The notes under the pieces were generated by a model. That model worked only from the letters and a program-made list of their open reading frames with translations. It did no database searches and had not been told where the DNA came from. From assembly GCF_044704955.1 (NCBI RefSeq), contig NC_091981.1, positions 31,434,001-31,498,000 of the forward strand: 64,000 bases of DNA, read 5' to 3'. The translations under genes and the position numbers were made by a program. The DNA comes from Pristiophorus japonicus (lineage: Eukaryota). Positions 58,804-64,000 of the stretch are shown here, piece after piece (position 1 is the first letter of the stretch; each line of letters opens with the position of its first letter).

Positions 58804-59328
58804 GGGCTGGATTTTCGGCCTTTAAGATTTCGGGGCATTAATGACAGCGGGGCAGTCTTGATACTGCCTGGAAAAAGTTGTACCGCTGTCTGCAAAACTC
58901 GGCAGAAAGTGAGGTTCAATGATCAGGGACACAAAATCAGATGTTACACACCTGAGTTTTTCCGCCCCAGATAAAAATTGCGGATTTAAAAAACCTCTAC
59001 ATTTTGCGCATGCACAGATGCATTTGAATCTTCCCAGGCGCAGGCGAACCTTCAGGGCGGGATGATTTACTTTGCGCATGCGCAGATGCACTGCCCACTA
59101 CCCTCACAGCGGGAGACATGGCACAGCAGGAGGGAAAACAGAGAGCACGCTGCTTCTCTGTAATGGCTGCTGAGGTGTTAGTGCAGGCCATAGAGAGGAG
59201 GTGGCCTGCACTGCATCTAGGGTGTGGAAGGAGACCCATGCCTGGTGTGTTTAAATGGATATGGAGGAAGATAGCCCAGGAGCTGTTAGCAGCAGACACA
59301 GTGGCTAGAACGCCCTCCCAATGCCACA
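58804..59328 (+). mobile_element. PIF/Harbinger transposon left end with truncated Myb/SANT-like ORF (from 59118)
   Basis: TIR GGGCTGGATTTTC; MAQQEGKQRARCFS..EVLVQAIERR..WRKIAQEL..RTPSQCHK fits the Myb/SANT trihelix pattern of the Harbinger second ORF. Confidence 0.8.
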
Positions 59329-61700
59329 AGTGTCATCCGCAAATTTGGAGACACTATATTTAATCCCCTCGTCTAAATCATTAATGTACAATGTAACCAG
59401 CTGGGGCCCCAGCACAGAATCTTGCAGTGCCCCACTAGTCACAGCCTGCCATTCTGAAAAGTACCCATTTACTCCTACTCTTTGCTTCCTGTCTGCCAAC
59501 CAGTTCTCAATCCACGTCAGCACACTAGCCCCAATCCCATGTGCTTTATCTTTGCACATTAATCTCTTGTGTGGGACCGTGTCGAAAGCCTTCTGAAAGC
59601 CCAAATACAACACATCAATTGTTTCTCCCTTGTCCACTCTACTGGAAACATCCTCAAAAAATTCCAGAAGATTTGTCAAGTATGAATTCCCTTTCACAAA
59701 TCCACGCTGACTTGGACCTATCATGTCACCTCTTTCCAAATGCACTGCTCTGACATCCTTAATAATTGATTCCACCATTTTACCCACTACCGATGTCAGG
59801 CTGACCGGTCTATAATTCCCTATTTTCTCTCTCCCTCCTTTTTTAAAAAGTGGGGTTACATTGGCTACCCTCCATTGCATAGGAACTGATCCAGAGTCGA
59901 TGGAATGTTGGAAAATGACTGTCAATGCATCCACTATTTCCAAGGCCATCTCCATAAGTACTCTGGGATGCAGAGCATCAGGCCTTGGGGATTTATCGGC
60001 CTTCAATCCCATCAATTTCCCCAACACAATTTCCCAACTAAAAAGGATTTCCCTCAGGTTCCTCCTTCTTACTAGATCCTCTGACCCCTTTTATATCCGG
60101 AAGGTTGTTTGTGTCCTCCTTAGTGAATACCGAACCAAAGTACTTGTTCAATTGGTCTGTCATTTCTTTGTTCCCTGTTATTACTTCCCCTGATTCTGAC
60201 TGCAGGGGACCTACATTTGTCTTTACTAACTTTTTTCTCTTTACATATCTATAGAAGCTTTTGCAGTCCGTCTTAATGCTCCCTGCAAGCTTCCTCTCGT
60301 ACTCTATTTTCCCTGCCCTAATCAAACCCTTTGTCCTCCTCTGCCGAGTTCTAAATTTCTCCCAGTCCCCAGGTTCGCTGCTATTTCTGGCCAATTTGTA
60401 TGCCACTTCCTTGGCTTTAATACTATCCCTGATTTCTCTTTATCGCCACGGTTGAGCCACCTTCCCTTTTTTATTTTTACGCCAGACAGGGATGTACAAT
60501 TGTTGTTCATCCATGCGGTCTCTAAATGTCTGCCATTGCCCATCCACTGTCAACCCGTTAAGTGTAATTCGCCAATCTATCCTAGCCAATTCACGCCTCA
60601 TACCTTCAAAGTTACCCTTCTTTAAGTTCTGGACCATGGTCTCTGAATTAACTGTTTCATTCTCCATCCTAATGAAGAATTCCACCATATTATGGTCACT
60701 CTTCCCCAAGGGGCCTCGCACAACGAGATTGCTAATTAATCCTCTCTCATTACACAACACCCAGTCTAAGATGGCCTCCCCCCTAGTTGGTTCCTCGACA
60801 TATTGGTCTAGAAAACCATCCCTTATGCACTCCAGGAAATCCTCCTCCACCATATTGCTTCCAGTTTGGTTAGCCCAATCTATATGCATATTAAAGTGAC
60901 CCATGATAACTGCTGCACCTTTATTGCATGCACCCCTAATTTCCTGTTTGATGCCCTCCCCAACATCACTACTACTGTTTGGAGGTCTGTATACAACTGC
61001 CAGTAACGTTTTTTGCTCTTTGGTGTTCTGCAGCTCTACCCATATAAATTCCACATCATCCAAGCTAATGTCCTTCCTAACTATTGCATTAATCTCCTCT
61101 TTAACCAGCAATGCTACCCCACCTCCTTTTCCCTTTATTCTATCCTTCCAGAATGTTGAATACCCCTGGATGTTGAGTTCCCAGCCCTGATCATCCTGGA
61201 GCCACGTCTCTGTAATCTCGATCACATCATATCTGTAAACATCTACTTGCACAGTTAATTAATCCACCTTATTACGGATACTCCTTGCATTAAGACACAA
61301 AGCCTTCAGGCTTGTTTTTTTAACACCCTTTGTCCTTTTAGAATTATGATGTAGTATGGCCCTTTTTGTTTCTTGCCTTTGTTTACTCGGCCTTCCACTA
61401 TTGCTTTTTACCTTTCTACCATCTGTTTCTGACTCCATATTACTTCACCCTGTCTAGCTGTATAGGTTCCCACCCCCCTGCCATATTAGTTTAAACACTC
61501 CCGAACTGTATTGGCAAATGTTACCCCCAGGACATCAGTTCCAGTCCTGCCCAAGTGCAAACCGTCCCTTTTGTACAGGTCCCACTTCCCCCAGAACTGG
61601 TTCCAATGTCCCAGGAATTTGAATCCTTCCCTCTTGCACCACTGCTCAAGCCACATATTTATTCTAACTATCCTGCTTCCTCTACTCTGATTAGCACGTG
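59329..61700 (-). mobile_element. CR1 LINE 5' half (ORF1 end, endonuclease, RT up to FADDT)
   Basis: DGLHLGRTG, ITETWL, YRPPN, SDHN, NYRPVSLTS, SKFADDT then an abrupt end. Confidence 0.93.
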
Positions 61701-64000
61701 AGGCGATCTGGGGCCTTTCTTGCCCTGGTTGATCGTCTCGGTATGAAAGCTGGTGTTGTTGAATCATTTGTTGGGCCCTCGTTGGGCTGCTGTGCAGCTG
61801 GCCTTGCTGGGCTGCCTGGTGTGTTGGGCCCTGCAGGGCTGCTGTGGATGATGGGTTCTGCTTCAAGGTCAACCATGGTGCTGGTTGCCACTGGAGTGTA
61901 TTTTGGGGGATCAAAAAAGGTAGGGTCCAAGGTGGGTTGCTCAGGGTAGTCCGTTAATCTGAGTTTGATTTGGTCCAAGTGTTTCCGGTGAATGAGTCTA
62001 TTTGAAAGTTTGACCCCAAACACTCTGCTCCCCTCTTTGGCCACGACAATGCCGGGAAGCCACTTGGGAACTTGTCCATAATTTAATGCAAATACAGGAT
62101 CATTGATTTCAATCTCGCATGACACATTTGCACTATCATGGTATGCACTTTGTTGAAGCTGCCTGCTCTCTACCTGTTCATGTAGATCAGGGTGAACTAA
62201 CGAGAGCCTTGTCTTAAGTGCTCTTTTCATGAGCAGTTCAGCACGTGGGATCCCAGTGAGTGAGTGGGGTCTCGTGCGTTAGCTAAGCAGGACTCAGGAT
62301 AGGCGTGTCCGCGGTGAGCCTTCAGTTATCCTCTTCAAGTCTTGCTTGATGGTTTGCACTGCTCTCTCTGCCTGACCATTGGACGCTGGTTTAAACGGAG
62401 CAGATGTGACATGTTTGATCCCATCACGGGTCATGAATTCTTTGAACTTAGCACTGGCAAACATGGCCCGTTGTCGCTCACCAGGACATCTGGTAAGGCC
62501 CTCAGGCTTTCAGTAGTGGCAGCGGATGTGCTAGCTGACATTATCTCACATTCAATCCACTTGAACTACGCATCTACAACCACAAGGAACATTTTACCCA
62601 AGAACAGGCTTCTATAGTTGATGTGTACCATAGACCACGGTTTGGAGGGCCAAGACCATAAACTTAGCAGCGCCTCCCTGGGTGCATTGCTTAACTGTGA
62701 GCACGTATTACATTTGTGAACGCAGGACTCTAAGTCCGCATCGATACCAGGCCACCACACTTGGGATCTGGCTATCGCTTTCATCATTACGAAGCCTGGG
62801 TAGATACTGTGGAGCTTATTGATGAAGGTGACTCTGCCCTTCTTGGGGACCACTACTCGATTGCTCCACAGAAGGCAGTCTGTCTGTATAGACATTTCAT
62901 CTTTGTGCCGCTGGAACGGCTTTATATCTTCCTGCATTTCCACTGGACACTGGACCAGCTCCCGTGAAGCACACAGCTTTTGACTAGAGATAATAAGGGA
63001 TCCTGGCTTGCCCAGGTTTTGATCTGCCGGGCAGTGACAGGTGATTGCTCACTCTCAAATGCTCCCATAACCATGGCTAGATCTGTGGGCTGCACCATTT
63101 CCACCCCCATGGTGAGCAATGACAGCCTACTGAGAGCATCGGCGCAGTTTTCTGTACCTGGCCTGTGGCGGATGGCGTAGTTGTATGCGGACAACGTGAG
63201 CGCCCATCTCTGAATGTGGGCCGATGCGTTGGTATTTATCTCTTTACTCTCGGAAAACAGGGATATAAGTGGCTTATAGTCAGTTTCCAATTCGAATTTT
63301 AGTCCAAACAGGTATTGATGTATTTTCTTTACCCCATAGACACATGCTAACACTTCTTTTTCAAACATGCTGTAGGCTCTCTCAGCCTTAGATAGACTCC
63401 AGGATGCATAAGCAACCGGTTGCAGTTTCCCAAAATCATTAGCTTGTTGCAATACACACCTGACGCCATATGACGACACGTCACATGCTAGTACCAAACG
63501 CTTAAATGGATCATACAACACAAGCAATTTGTTTGAGCATAACAATTTTCTCGCTTTTACAAAGGCATTTTCTTGGCTTTTGCCCCAAACCCATTCGCCC
63601 CCTTTTCATAGTAAGACGTAGTGGTTCTAGCAGGGTGCTGAAAACCAGTAAGAAGTTAGCAAAGTAGTTAAAGAGTCCCAGAAACGACCGCAGTACCGTC
63701 ACATTCTGAAGCCTCGGTGCGTTCTTGATTGCCTCCGTCTTCGCGTTGGTGGGCCTGATGCCATCCGCCGCAATCCTCCTTTCCAAGAACTCCACTTCAG
63801 GTGCCAGGAAAACGCACTTCAAGCGTTTTAAACTGAGCCCCACGTGGTTGTGTCGACTAAGAACCTCCTCCAGGTTCTACAGGTGCTCGAATGTGTTCCG
63901 ACCTGTGACCAAGACGTCATCCTGGAAGACCACGGTGTGCGGGACCGACTTCAGTGAACTTTCCATGTTTCTCTGGAATATCGCCGCCGCTGATCGGATT
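61698..64000 (-). mobile_element. pol: Ty3/Gypsy pol fragment (RT end, RNase H, integrase), same family as 1944-4999; 3' LTR absent
   Basis: FQDDVLV, LACDVSSYG, WWPGIDADLE..C..C, ..RRSTRARKAPDRLT; runs off the window edge. Confidence 0.92.

Noticed and set aside
61486-61914. Gypsy-CR1 ORF1 fusion protein
   Set aside because: Accidental in-frame junction of two decayed elements; the Gypsy part is out of its native frame

Overview
Eukaryotic, transposon-dense, non-genic or intronic DNA. The repeat mix (many CR1 subfamilies, RTE, L2, Deu-domain SINEs, PIF/Harbinger MITEs, Gypsy and BEL/Pao LTR elements) points to a cartilaginous fish such as a shark; this is inferred, not proven. I recognise no intact host protein-coding gene, and the long ORFs are transposon remnants, their antisense shadows or tandem-repeat artefacts. 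Main structures: (1) two RTE LINE insertions with 5'-inverted segments typical of twin priming; (2) a Gypsy provirus (1944-4999) with a TSD but no integrase; (3) a 12 kb BEL/Pao element (32797-44971) lacking RT, RNase H and the integrase core, which hosts a full-length Gypsy and a long CR1; (4) a Harbinger set of decayed transposase, Myb/SANT partner ORF and several MITEs; (5) a fold-back duplication in an L2 tail; (6) a 15-bp G-rich minisatellite and a 30-bp tandem repeat; (7) complementary CR1 halves in opposite orientation near two N-runs. I cannot support a wholly new biological system. The best leads are twin priming in RTE elements, the deleted BEL derivative, CTCF-like motifs in three unrelated LTRs and weak microexon candidates. 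Family calls come from remembered motifs, not database searches, and boundaries of old repeats are approximate.
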